64,000 bases of DNA from Felis catus (taxonomy: Eukaryota): positions 175,524,001-175,588,000 of the forward strand of contig NC_058368.1 in NCBI RefSeq assembly GCF_018350175.1, read 5' to 3'. The position numbers were made by a program, and so were the translations under genes. The notes under the pieces were generated by a model. The model was given only the letters and a program-made list of their open reading frames with translations. It ran no database searches and had not been told where the DNA came from. Below, in pieces: positions 38,555 to 50,366 of the stretch (positions are counted from its first letter, which is position 1; the number at the start of each line of letters is the position of its first letter).

Positions 38555-39990
38555 TTATCACTTTTAGGATCAGAATCTTATGATAAAAAAAGGGCAACCC
38601 GATGTCCCGCGTCTTTGCGCCCTCCACCCGAAATTTCAGTTGTCTGTTTGCAGTGTCTTATTTATATAGCTAGCTCAAAGATCGCAGCTTATCACTCGAA
38701 ATAGTTCTGATTTGGAATTCTGGTCTCTGAAAGAAAAAAAAAACTAAAAAAAAAAAAAAAAAAGTCTCTTAACACATGGACATGAATCCGACGGGGCTTG
38801 TTTCTAGGAGGGAATAAAAACGAAGAGGGCAAAACTCAAGTCTTTGGTTAGTAAAATAGGCGCTTTCTTTTTCCAAAGGAAAATGTACATGAATGACAAA
38901 AACACAGCTTCTCAAGCATCTATGGATGTAGAAGAATAAGCCTTGCGCGGAGTAAAAATATATATATATATAATTTAACAATCACATATGGTCTTCCTCA
39001 GCAGTTTAGATTCACTCACATAAAAATTAGAATAGGGCTAAGAGGAGAATACGTTTTTTTCTTGGCAGCTTGGTTAAAAAAAATCAGGAATAATTTAAGA
39101 ACATTATATATTATATATTTATATATATAGATTATATTAGGTTATCTGGGGCGGGAGGTGAATTCCTGGTTGCGGGAGAGGAAATCAGCATTGACTAATG
39201 GAAAGATGATCGCAGGGAGGTCTCTGCCGTTCCCGGTCCTGTTTCTGCTCTTTCACGGGGCGCAGTTTTGGCCTCGGGGGCTGTTCCTGAGGCTCTGGGT
39301 GCAGATCTTGCTGCGGTCGCTGTTCCTGGGCTCCCCCCCGGCCTCCTCTCCCCCATGAAAGGGGTTGGAAACACCCGTTTCTCCCTCTTGGGGGGATCGC
39401 GATCAGCAAGGATTAGCGAGACTCGACGACAGGGAGCTGGCGGCCCGGGGGTGCGGGGACCAACGGGGCGACCTGGAAGGTCCTGCAGTTTCGGCCTCTT
39501 CCCCTCTCTGCGGCTCCGGGGTTTTTTTCCCTCATGGGACCCAGGGGCGGTTTGTTCAGTTCTCTCAGTTCGATTCTCCGCAGGGGGGGGTGGGGGGGCT
39601 GGGGGGGGTGGGGGGGGCAGGGAGAGGAAAAAAAGGGAAAACCCACTAGTGTAGTTATTCTAAAAGAAAAGGGCCTCCCCCCTTTGTGCTCTCTCTTCTT
39701 TCCCTCAGATTAAAAAAAAAAAATCTATAATTTAGAAGGCTTTTGTTTCTCCTCACGGTTGCTGGGCCGTCGTCGCCGCCGCCGCCGTCACTTTGCCCCG
39801 GTCCCGCAGTCCCCGCTGTCGTTGTTGCGGACTCCGCCTGGCTCTTCTTTTGCTCTCCTTCTTCCTCCTCTTCCTCCTCTGCTGTCGCCGATGCCGCCGC
39901 CGCCGCCGCCGCCACCGCCTCCCGGTGTCCGGGTCCCGCAGCCGCGGCTGAGTCCTTCTCCTCAGGACCGAGCCGAGTGAAATGACAACC
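38555..39990 (-). other. CPEB4: CPEB4 long 5' UTR/leader with multiple uORFs (TSS approximate)
   Basis: Lies between the promoter motifs (40011 onward) and the main ATG. Ten upstream ATGs counted at 39535, 39356, 39191, 39104, 39021, 38987, 38919, 38890, 38783 and 38777. uORF-dependent translation of CPEB4 is established; the exact TSS is inferred. Confidence 0.75.
39893..39913 (+). repeat. (GCC)7 trinucleotide repeat in the 5' leader
   Basis: gccgccgccgccgccgccgcc read directly. Confidence 0.95.
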
Positions 39991-40010
39991 AGCTGGAAAG
40001 ACCGAGAGAC

Positions 40011-40110
40011 ACTTCCGGTTCGAAGAGGGAGGGGTGGGGTACGGAGGGCACCCCGCCCACCTGCCGAAATACCAATCAGCTGTTAGAATTTAGACGAGGC
40101 CACGCCCCCC
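40011..40110 (-). promoter_or_regulatory. TATA-less core/proximal promoter: ETS site, GC boxes, CCAAT box
   Basis: CCGGAAGT on the minus strand (40011-40018), CCCCGCCC (40051-40058), CCAATCAG (40072-40079) and GGCCACGCCCCC SP/KLF site (40098-40109), all within 100 bp. Confidence 0.75.
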
Positions 40111-41859
40111 GGCTCCGGTCCCCTCCCAGGAAGGTCGAAAGCTTACCTCGAGAGACGCCCCTTCCGTCTGCGCCTCGCCCAGCGAGGCCTGGCGACTGGA
40201 ACCCGCTCCCCCACCCAGAGTGAGCGCAGCAGGTTGCCATCTTTAGTGTGGGCACAGGACTCCTTCGCTGTTTATCTCCCCTCCCCTCTCTTTGCAGGAG
40301 TTGCATGTAGGGACGCACGGAAGAGAACGGATCCCTCGAGCACTAAGAAAAAGAGCCAGGGTCTTGCGGATCCGAGTGGCGACCGGTAAAACCAAGGATG
40401 AACGGGAGGCCTGCCCACAGTAAAGGTGGGTCCCCGGGCATCACGTGCTTTGGCCCGAGCTCCGCCCCAGAGGGATCTGGAAGGGGAGGCGGGTCTCCCC
40501 AGCCTCTGTGCCGAGCCTGGAACTGCGTACGTCCTTGTCCTGCCTGTTGACCTCACGCGGGACTCTCCCTTCACCTTCCATTCCACCACCCCCACTCCCG
40601 AGCGTGGCTTAGCTGGGAGACTTGGTGCAGTCTATCAGGCACAAAGATACAGCTGCTGTAAACGTACGTGGTTGAGACCTCTTCGTCCTATTCTAGTCCG
40701 CTCTCCACACCGTACCAGAGAGACATTTCCAACACGAAAATCTTACGGTCTCCCTCATCTGTTCAGATCTTTCTATGAAAAAGGCCAAACTCCTTAGTCT
40801 GGTATTCAAGGCCTTTCCGCTCTGTGGGCGGTTGTATCTTAACACCTCATCTCCGAACAAATGCCCCACACCAAGCTGCTCCAAACACCCTCCCGGTGCC
40901 TTTTAGCATGCCCTTTTCTTTATTCTCCACTTGGTAAACTCTTGTTTTCATCTTAGGAATCAGTTCAAACACTACCAGCTCTGCCTCCTGAATTCTCTTA
41001 ACGAGCATCCATGGCCCATTAGTCCTGTGTGTCTCATGCTCGTTTATCCCTTATTGTAATGGCTGCTTATGTCTGCCAGACCTGGGCTCATTGAGGAGAG
41101 GACCTTGTGGATAGGAAGACATGGGTGAATGAATGCTGAAGAAATGAATCAACAAACCAACTACAGTGGGCGCTATCTGGAATGACAGCCCCCTTACCAA
41201 GTCGGAATTAATTCATTCCTTTTGCTGTTTGGAGTTCCCGCCTCTCAAACTCTTATCATTTGGGTGATTCATTAGCTGCTCCAGCGTTGGTCTTGTTCAT
41301 CTTTGTACATTCCCACTTACGACCGCCATCGGGGACTAGGGTAATGCCTCACTCTAAAGATGATGAATAAGTGTTTCCCTTTAGTAGGAAATGAGACATG
41401 AAAAACGAAGAGAAGGAATCACAGTAGAGCCAGAGTAGGAAAAAAAGAGCGGTCAAAAACTTTTAGGAAGAAGCTCATGAACACAGGTGGCTTCCATTTC
41501 ATATCTGTTAGCCTTCCCTGAATGGTCCTAACTTCTTCTTCTGCCGCAGTTCCTCCATCCTCCAACACTTCCATGTAGAACGCCTGTTTAGAGCCTGAAG
41601 CCATGATTTTTATTCTCTTTCCTTCTATCGTGACCATGAGTCTTACCTCTGCAATTCTATTTGGAGTTCTTTGGGCATAGGGATTGGGTCTTAGTCTGCT
41701 GTTTGTTCCCCACGACGGGACATACCTTGAGTCTTGCCGGTTCGGTTCCACCAGAGTGTCCAAGGTGTCATTTCCTCCAGAATGGTTGCCCTGACCGCCC
41801 CTCTCTCTAACATCTTGTAGACTCCTCTCTTGAAATTACTGCTAGTTGTCAGTGGGTTC

Positions 41860-41970
41860 ATTTCTTAAGGGCAAAGGTTTTATCTGGTTATCTTTGTGCC
41901 CCTAGTGGCCAGCGTAGGGTCCGGCACAGAGCAGACTCAGAACACGTTTGTTAAGTGAATGAATGAATGT
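41860..41970 (+). mobile_element. L2 3'-end remnant
   Basis: cttaagggcaaagg...ggcacagagcagactcagaacacgtttgttaagtgaatgaatgaatg. Confidence 0.7.
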
Positions 41971-44799
41971 TCAGTACCCAGTAGATGGTTGAGTCTTTTG
42001 GAGCTACCAATTCTCCGTGGCTAAAATGGCAGCCATGACTTGGGGGAAAAAGGACTGTCTTTGGCGCCCAACAGTGTAATTTGAATCCCACCTCTACTTC
42101 TACTTCCTGGTTGTACAACCCTGGGCTTTACCTCTATGAGCCCCCACTTCCTTATAGACCAAATATGAATGATGTTTTCCTCTCTCACTAGGTTAGTAAA
42201 TTACACGAGCTACATGTGAAGTGCTGGGCTGAGGTTTTTTTAAAATATCAGTTCCTTATTAACATATTAAGTGCAGAGAACTTGTACTTCACAAGTGTCT
42301 TTTGCCTAGAAGCAGCTGTGAGCATGACAGAATCCAGGAACCCGTGTTGCTTTATACGGGGAGGAGGCAGACCTGAGCCACAGTCAGGGTGCTGCTAGGT
42401 CAGCCTGTTCTTTTAAGACTAAATCAAGTATGGGCAGTAGGTTTAGGCTGGACTGGAGCTAATTGTCACTATAGACACCAGACTCCTGGTTAGGGAGGAG
42501 AAGCTTGGGAGAAGGAAGAGGGAAACAATTCTCTTGGATCATTTGTCTACTCAGAAACCCAGGATACCCACCCCAGGGCTGCCCTCCTTAAAAACATTCT
42601 GGCCTCGGAAACTGGCCTAGGTAACCATGACAACAATTCAGCAGCTCCATTTAGGATCTCCAAAGGGATCTACAGTTGTAGATGAGTGCTGGCTTGAACG
42701 CTGTGCTGGCAGAAGAGAGCCCCTCCATGAAGCATGCTCCCTGGGAACCTTTCCGTTTGCAGAGAAAGCAAGCTCTGCACAAACATTAAGGTGCTACCGG
42801 ATAAAAACAAACAAAGCGAAACAAATAAACCTCCCTCCCTGTCCAGCAAGGAGCTGACACACCTTCAGAGAACTTGTAGCGTAGTGAATGCCTGTACCTT
42901 GCTGGCTGTTGCCCAGCCCCCTCTGGGGTTTGAGGTCAACCACACCCCTAACCCAAGCCTCCCAGGAAGCATGACCCTAATATCTCCTTCACCGGCCTCT
43001 TTTAAAGCTTGGCTGGTGATATAAATCTCACCCCGTAATCACCCAGAGTGAACTCTGCCCCACTCCCAACTCTGATGTCCTCCACCACTGCCCTTGAAGC
43101 ATCCGTCAGCCTTCCCAACAGCACACACCCCACTCCCCAGGGGCCTGTCTGGTGACTTTAGTAACCAGCGCCACCACCCAAGGCCACTCATGTTGTGCAC
43201 TGTGCAATTCCATAAGGCGCCACGGACTACTATGGGAATGCCACCCCCTGGAGTTATACAACGTGGCGGCCCTGCTTCAGTTCATCTGAGTAAAACGCAG
43301 AGGCACCTTGTGAAAAGATGACACCCATACAAAAAAGTACCTAGGTACTACTGTAAATTATATGAGCACATTCTTATTGCATGCAGAAACATTCAAAGCA
43401 GTTGATCCATTGAGAGTTTAGAGTTGGTGGCCCAGGAGCTTTCTGTGATGGAATTGAAGGACACGGTGTCCTTGATATTGTTGAGTAGTGAGCTGTAGTG
43501 AGAAGGCAAGTCTGGGCAGGTTCATGGTCCCGTCCCCTAAGAGATTAATACCCAGCTACTTTGCCTAGCTCTGTTAATAAGCCTTCTAATGTAGTGGTAG
43601 AATATATATTTTACTGGAACTAAGAAAATATAAGAGTAGTATATTCAGAGGCAGGTCCTGTGAAGGTACAGGAAGAGAGAAGAGTGGAATTACTTTTGGA
43701 ATATCTTCTTGTCCACAAGCATCTGGAAGCTTACTCCCAGAAGGCAAGCTAGACAGAAAAAAAACCAAGTCCCGAAAGTAGGTTTCATTAAACCCCGCCT
43801 CCGATCTCCACCCTGTTTTGATATTGAAAAGTGTACATGTTTCCTTAAAAAAAAAAACACTGTTTTGTTTCATTTTGTTTTATCGTTAATTGCTGGGTTA
43901 TATTTTCCCTTTTTGTTTGTTGTTTTACAATCTGCACGAACCCTCTGCGTCTTAAACACTGTTTTCTCCCTGCTTTCTCATTCAAGGTTATTATCATTAA
44001 CGTAGAGTCCATATTAACAAGCCATTTTGGTGGGGGTGGTGAAGTCAGTTCCTCCAATGCACTGTTACTGCCTAAATGGCTTGGAAAGGTCCTGGACACA
44101 GACATGCTTCACTTGAAATTGCCTTCTCCTGGCAAAGATGTAGGTGAGCAGGAACAGGGGGTTGACCTTCCAAACTGTGACATGCATCACATGGGATGAC
44201 TGTTGTGGCCTCGGCCACCTATGTGGATGGGCTGCCGACCTAGATCACCCCTTGCTGTTTTGATTGGACACACTTCACTTCCCTGCACCAAACCCTGGCC
44301 TTACTGCTGAACAGCTGCCATCTCATACCCTGTGGATAGGCCGGAGGATTTTCACCTGTGAGACTAGAAAAAGAATAGCTTTTTGGAGCTTGCAGGGAAG
44401 ACGTAGGGCCCAGAGGTCAGACCCAAATTCTAGCCCCAGCACAGCCATAAGTTCATAGGCACTGGTTCAATTTGATGATTTCCTTTCAGCCGGAATTTTT
44501 ACTACCGAAAGGGTTTCACTTTGGAACTCTTAACCAATAAAGGTTCAAAGAAAGGCATTATAAAAAAAAAAAAAAATTGCTAAATTCTTTACTAAGTAAC
44601 TAACTTCTTTTATATCCAAGTTTCCTGGTCCCCTATTCCTGGAGTATTTATATTCCTAAAGAACAGTTATGAGTTGATTCATAAGCATCCAGCCTCACAC
44701 TTTAGTATGCACTGGGCCTCTTAGCAGCCTGTCAAATGCAGATTTCTAGGCCCCGTCCCCCCAGGATATTCTGATTAAATTTTTCTCATACTGCTTTCT

Positions 44800-45240
44800 C
44801 ATAAATTTTAAAGTACAAGAGATTCTCTCCAAATTACGTGAGAGCACAGAAAAAAAACAAAATCACAATGGCCCAAGCAAAAACAACTTCCTTTCTCACA
44901 TAAAAGGGATTTGAGAGAATCAATAGAGGGCTGGTGGGGTGGTTTCAGGAAGTCATCAGAAGCTGGGTTCCTTCTATCCCATTCCTTCCCTCCCTAAAAT
45001 GTAACTTCTGCCTATGATCCAAGATAGTTGACCAAGCTCCAGCCATCACATCTGTATTTTAGACTGAAGGAAGGAGGGAAAAGATGAAGAAGACATGACC
45101 CTTCTGTTTGAGGAAACTTTTTGAAAGACCTACACATCACTTCCGTTTTCCTTCCCCCGGCAGGAACTTGGCCATATGCAATTTGGGCAAAAGAGGTTGG
45201 GAAGTATGGTCTTTATTTCACGCTCAGGTGACTCGTTAAA
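44800..45240. mobile_element. MaLR (MLT1-type) LTR remnant
   Basis: tttctcacataaaag...ccaagatagttgaccaagctccagccatcacatctgtatttt...ggaacttggccatatg motifs; subfamily not determined. Confidence 0.55.
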
Positions 45241-45446
45241 AAGTGACACTCTATTACCAGTGAAGAATAGGGGAGGTGAATACTGATGGATGAGGCACTT
45301 TGGCCTAGAGAAGTTCAGTGTCGTACCTGAATTGTGTACTCGAGTCAGTGCCCTCATTCTGCAGTTGAGGAAACAGGTCCAGGGAAGGGCCGTATCTAAA
45401 ATCAGTTATTTTGCTGAGATAGTTTGACCCAGAACTCTTCTTCTTC

Positions 45447-45612
45447 CCAGTGGTCCTCAAATTTAGCGTATTTCAGAATGACCTGGAGGACTAGTTAAAA
45501 CTAGAATTTCTGATTGAATAGGTGCGGGGTAGGGCCAAGAATTTGCACATCTAACAAGTTTTCAAGTGATGCCAGTGCTGCTGGTTTGATGGAACATGCT
45601 GTGAGGACTAGT
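45447..45612. mobile_element. MER5-like hAT-Charlie remnant
   Basis: cagtggtcctcaaatttagcgtatttcagaatgacctggagg...agaatttgcacatctaacaagttttcaagtgatgc. Confidence 0.7.
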
Positions 45613-46649
45613 GATCCATTGAACGTCCCCACTGGGCCTTCAATTCACTGTGACCAGCCTTAGTCCAACTCCCATTTTCTCTGGTTTGCTAAATGGTGCC
45701 ATGATTCATTCTCTCGGTTGGCTAAGCCAAACATAGGAGTCATCCTAAACTCCTCCTCTCTCCTCCTCCATCCTCTTAGAGTTGGACCCCAGGTTTTCTT
45801 CATTTCCTCTCTTCAGCATTTCCTCCTTCCCTCCATCTCCTACTTTGGTTCAAGTCTGCTCAGGTCTCGCCTGGATTTTTTTGCAGATGCTATCTTCAGG
45901 CTTAATACCTGGCTTTGCTCACTGAATCTTTCTAAATGGGGAGTCTAATTGCTCCATTGTTTAAACACTTTCAGTGGCTTTGTGATGTATTCAACTGTAT
46001 TTTTCAAACCTCAAGGATTTTCATTCCAGCCTCACAATTTTTGCCATATGGGGGTAGCTCCTGCATTTAATAGGTTTCCTTAAGTTGGCCTACCTTCTAA
46101 AAAAACTTAAAAACTTGTTCAAGGTAATGTGATTTACCACTCAAAAGGAACAACAATTATCATTCACTAGAACCTAAAAGTATGCTGTGACATATAAATA
46201 TTGAAAACAAAATAATGGTGTGAATTTCTCCTAGATCCCAGATTACAAATCAAAGGCCCTAATTTCGAGGGCTTCTTCCTCCTTGTTAAAAAGGAAGATT
46301 AATAAGGTTAGAAAGGTGCTAAAGGCTTACTAGCCCAATCTTGACAGGTCTTCTTTACATAATTAGAGGGACTGAAAGAGAATGGAAAGGGAACTCAGTT
46401 TCTCACTGTGCGACTTAGGAGTACACACTGCGTTGTCTGGGTACCACGTGCAACCATCTCGTGGACCCCACTAGAAAAGGACCCACTGTCTGAAAAGCAC
46501 TGCCAGACTCCTTAACATGGCATCCCATGCACCTGACCAACCAGATGATGGTTCAGCATCATTTTGTGCAGCTCCCCCAGAACCTTGTTCCAACCATCCT
46601 GAAAAACTTGAGGTTCCATGAACCTGCCATCAGTCACAAATACCATTTG

Positions 46650-47030
46650 CTACAAGTCACAGAATGCATGAGTAAGAATGACCTAACCAATAAGAGGTTA
46701 TTTTTCTCACACATCAAGGAGTCTAGAGGTGGGTGGTTGCTGGTGGGAGGTGACTGGTCAGTGATGTCGGAGCTCTGGGTTGGAATCTCTAGATGTCCTT
46801 GGCCTTTCCTTCAGGCTCTTAAGATGTCTGCCACAGACCTAGTCATCGTACTGTGACTTTCAGAGACAAGAAACTAAGGGCTTCAAAGAGTTGAGTTTCT
46901 GGTCATGAGGTTTCTTCTGATCAAGGAGAGTAGGTCTTTCCCAGGGGCCTTCAGCATACTTCCTTTTACATCTTTTTGGTCAGACCTAGGTCATATGCCA
47001 TGATCTAGAGCAAACCTGGGCCCACCTTTC
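46650..47030. mobile_element. MaLR (MLT1-type) LTR remnant
   Basis: gttattttttctcacacatcaaggagtctagaggtgggtgg...aagatgtctgccacag...ttttggtcagacctaggtcatatgcc. Confidence 0.55.
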
Positions 47031-48949
47031 CTGAGACCAAAGAACTCCCAACATGAAACGGAAAACAAAATCGGAATTCTGCTAGCAAAGGTAAAGGGAG
47101 AGTCTTTGGAGAAGTCAAAAAATGTCTCCCAAGCTCATCACACGACGTCCTTAAGGCCTTTCCATGTGTGTCTGTTTGCCAACAACACTTACTTTGCTTG
47201 CCAGGGGAACTCCTACTCAAGCACCCTCGTTGGCCTCCTCTGACCGCCCAGCAAAGGTGGTGTCTTCTCCTAAGTTGGCAGAGACGCTTGGCCATGTAAT
47301 TGACTATTATGTAAATGACTTTTTAGATCCCAGTCACTAGAGCTGCTCCTCTGGGTCAGGCACTCTTTTCTCTTTTGTATCCTCAGGGCCTGACATTATA
47401 CCAGCACATAGTAGGCCTTTCATGAGTGTGTGATGAATTAAGGTTGAATTTTTTCATTTTTTTTTTCTGACACACAAGCCACGAGTAAATCCAAAGTCAT
47501 ACATGTTAGGTTGGATTTAACAACGAACACACTTTGGAAGATCTTATAAAGAGTACTCTAGATTTTATCGTTGCTCTTTTGTGTTGCTTTATGAAAAATA
47601 CAGCCATCTCCTATTAGTATACACCAAGTTTATATTGGCATAACACTTCTACGATGCTGAAGATCTTTCTGGCGAATCAGTCACTGTAAATCCTGGAGAG
47701 TGGTTTTATAAACTTAGTAAACCCCTTCAGTCTTGTGTAAGGCACATTATACAGGGTAATAGCTTCGTTGGGCCAAGTAAGTTTAGGTACAGTTCCACGA
47801 TTGCGTTAAGCAAGCCTGTATTGATATACCCTCAATGTTAAACAGCTTCTTAATGAGGTGAATTGCCTTGAAGCCATTGGATAGTGCACACACACACACA
47901 CACATATGAATATGTGTAAAGTCATCACCACCCCCAAAACAACTATAGAGGCAGTAATTATATAATATTAATGATCAAAATACAGTTGGATGTACCCGTT
48001 TCTAAGGTAGCTGAGTTGATTCTCAGTAATGGGTTTCTAGAAATGACCCGGTCCCCACAAAAGCACCTTCAGGTTCAACAGCCCATGTAAAATATAATAA
48101 ATGCATAAATAATTTAGCAAGAGAAATAGGTAGCATTATGGCCACACTTCTGTGTGGCTGTTATTTAAGAGCCTGGCAGCTTGGCAGTTAGAAACCACAA
48201 TGTCCAGGGTGCTGTAATTCACCATTTGCTCAGAGTTAAAATGAGGCAGAGGAGAGCTCCAGGCCCCTCGCTCATTTTTCATTTAGAGGCGTTTTTTTGA
48301 ATCCATTCGGCCATTTAAGTTCTAAAAATAGAAAAAGGGAAAAGAAATAAACATGATTCAAATTTAGGAATTTAGAGGCTGCTTGGAGCCCTCATTAGGC
48401 AGGGTCTGGGATGCATTTTCTAAGCAACGTTCTACAAACTTGCAAGTGCATGGTACGAGTTTAAACATTCATTTCATTGTGCTTGTGTTTCTTTTTAATC
48501 CCTAGATGGTGGTTTACGAGGCAGAGTTTTTCGAATTCTAATTTTTTTATATGCTCAAGCACATAATTTTTGCTGTATTATTATATTACCTTTTCTATTA
48601 TTCACCCAATGTTATTTGTAAATGGACTCAATTTTTTAGAACTTAGCTAAATAAGTTGAAAAGGAAAATGTTGTAGACCAATATAAATAGAAAAAGCAAC
48701 GTCATGTCATAAACAGATGCTGTCATTTACTTTTTCCTAACACACTCTGAGATAAACATGTATGGACTCAAACACAAGTCTAGTAATTCAGGGTTTATGC
48801 TGAAAGCATCTCAAAGGACTGTCGGTGGCACTTTTAGGGAAGCACTGACTTACTGGTTAGGAACGCACACCTTTTAAATGGGGCAGGATTGGTCTCGATC
48901 CCATTTGCCAGAGTGCCATTTGCCATTTGCTGGATGACTCATGAGCAGG

Positions 48950-49110
48950 TCTGCTCGTCTTTCTGAGCCTCAGTGTCTGCATCTGGAAAACAGGGATAAA
49001 AATCGTTAAGCAGTTAGTTGCGAGGATAATATGAGGCAATGCATGTAAAGCTCCTGTCCGAGCTCCCCACCTAGAGCAAATGTCCACGAAATGTCAGCTA
49101 TGATTATTAC
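48950..49110 (+). mobile_element. MIR remnant
   Basis: tctgagcctcagtgtctgcatctggaaaacagggataa...gaggataatatgaggcaatgcatgtaaagc...aaatgtcagctatgattatta. Confidence 0.75.
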
Positions 49111-50314
49111 TCACTTGTGATTGGGGAGATGTGGGTGATTACAGAGCACCAACTGCCAACAAACTCAGTTCAGAACGAATAAAATACATATACAAATAAA
49201 ATAGTTTACGATGTGACTTTGTGGTAGGCTCTGGGGACACACAGATGATTCTCAAATTGATGGTTATAAAGAGCTCATGACAGCAGGTGTATAGGAAGTG
49301 CAGTGAGAGGTATGTGCTCAAGTCATTTGGCAGACCAGAGGAGAACATGATGAAACTCAGCATCAGGAAAAAAAAAAATCCGTACGTCAGGCCTTTGCTG
49401 ATGGGTTACGGGGACATATGTCAGTACTGGAAGGTACCAAGTAAATTGGATTTCTGCTGGAAAACAGAAGATGCATGAAATTCAAACGTACATACAGCAA
49501 TGGAGACATATCATCATTTACTTCTGGGCTTGAGTGACATGAATGAATTGGTGAATATCATTTTCAGAACCAAATAATGGTGAAGCAACATATAAATGGA
49601 ATTTTGATTTTCCTTCCTTCCATTGAGGTCACAGACAGGTGGTTCACGGATACTTTAGATTGGGCTTGCAGAGTAATTTACCTTTTTTTTAAGTTATTAC
49701 TTGCTATCATGTAGAAATTATGCAATTTCATAAGAAAACCAAGACTTGTATTTTTTTTTTTAATGGAAGATGTGGCCATCTGCATTCCTACATATGGCAA
49801 TTTGGGGCTGGAGTTAAGTAGTTGCTACTCTTGTAAGATAGGGCGTTTGCTATCTAGTTCGCCATGGTCCCAATCCATCCAGCTGATAATGCCGACTAAG
49901 GAGTCAGGCAAGTGGGACCCTGCCTTTGGCCCCATGCCTTAGAGGCACCACTCTGTCCCCTCTCCAAAGGTGCCCTTCTTCATGCAGCCAGAAGTTCATT
50001 GAGCCAAGGAATGCCTGCACTACCTCTTATAAACCATACTACTGGAGCCGAGGGACCCTGGAACTCCCTGCCCATATGACCTGTGCCAGCTTCCAGAGCC
50101 TGTAGGGACCTCTTTGTCAGTTAGTTCTTCCAAAGGTGAATGGCATACATACCCTGGGCCTAAGGAATGGCAAGAGAAAGCTAGGGTGTTTTGGTGGGGA
50201 GGGAAAGGAATGAAACTTGAATGTGCAGGCCAAGGTGCCCATCCACTTGCACAAAGTCCTTTTCTGTGTGAGCTCAAGTCAGGCATGGGAAGAGTAGAAG
50301 AGTGGATGGTCTGT

Positions 50315-50318
<4 letters not shown>

Positions 50319-50357
<39 letters not shown>

Positions 50358-50366
50358 TGTGTGTGT
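50319..50366 (+). repeat. (GT)n(GC)n alternating purine-pyrimidine tract
   Basis: gtgtgt...gtgcgcgcgcgcacgtgtgtgtg. Confidence 0.93.

Larger units (their letters stand above)
39150..40620. promoter_or_regulatory. CpG island spanning the CPEB4 promoter and 5' leader
   Basis: Visibly high GC content and dense CpG compared with the AT-rich, CpG-poor flanks. Boundaries set by eye. Confidence 0.88.

Noticed and set aside
41893..41913. CTCF-like TGGCCACTAGGGGCAC on the minus strand
   Set aside because: One G short in the core, which breaks the register, and it lies in an L2 remnant.
49130..49870. Possible ancient DNA-transposon remnant
   Set aside because: Only a vague resemblance; I could not identify terminal repeats or a family without a database search.
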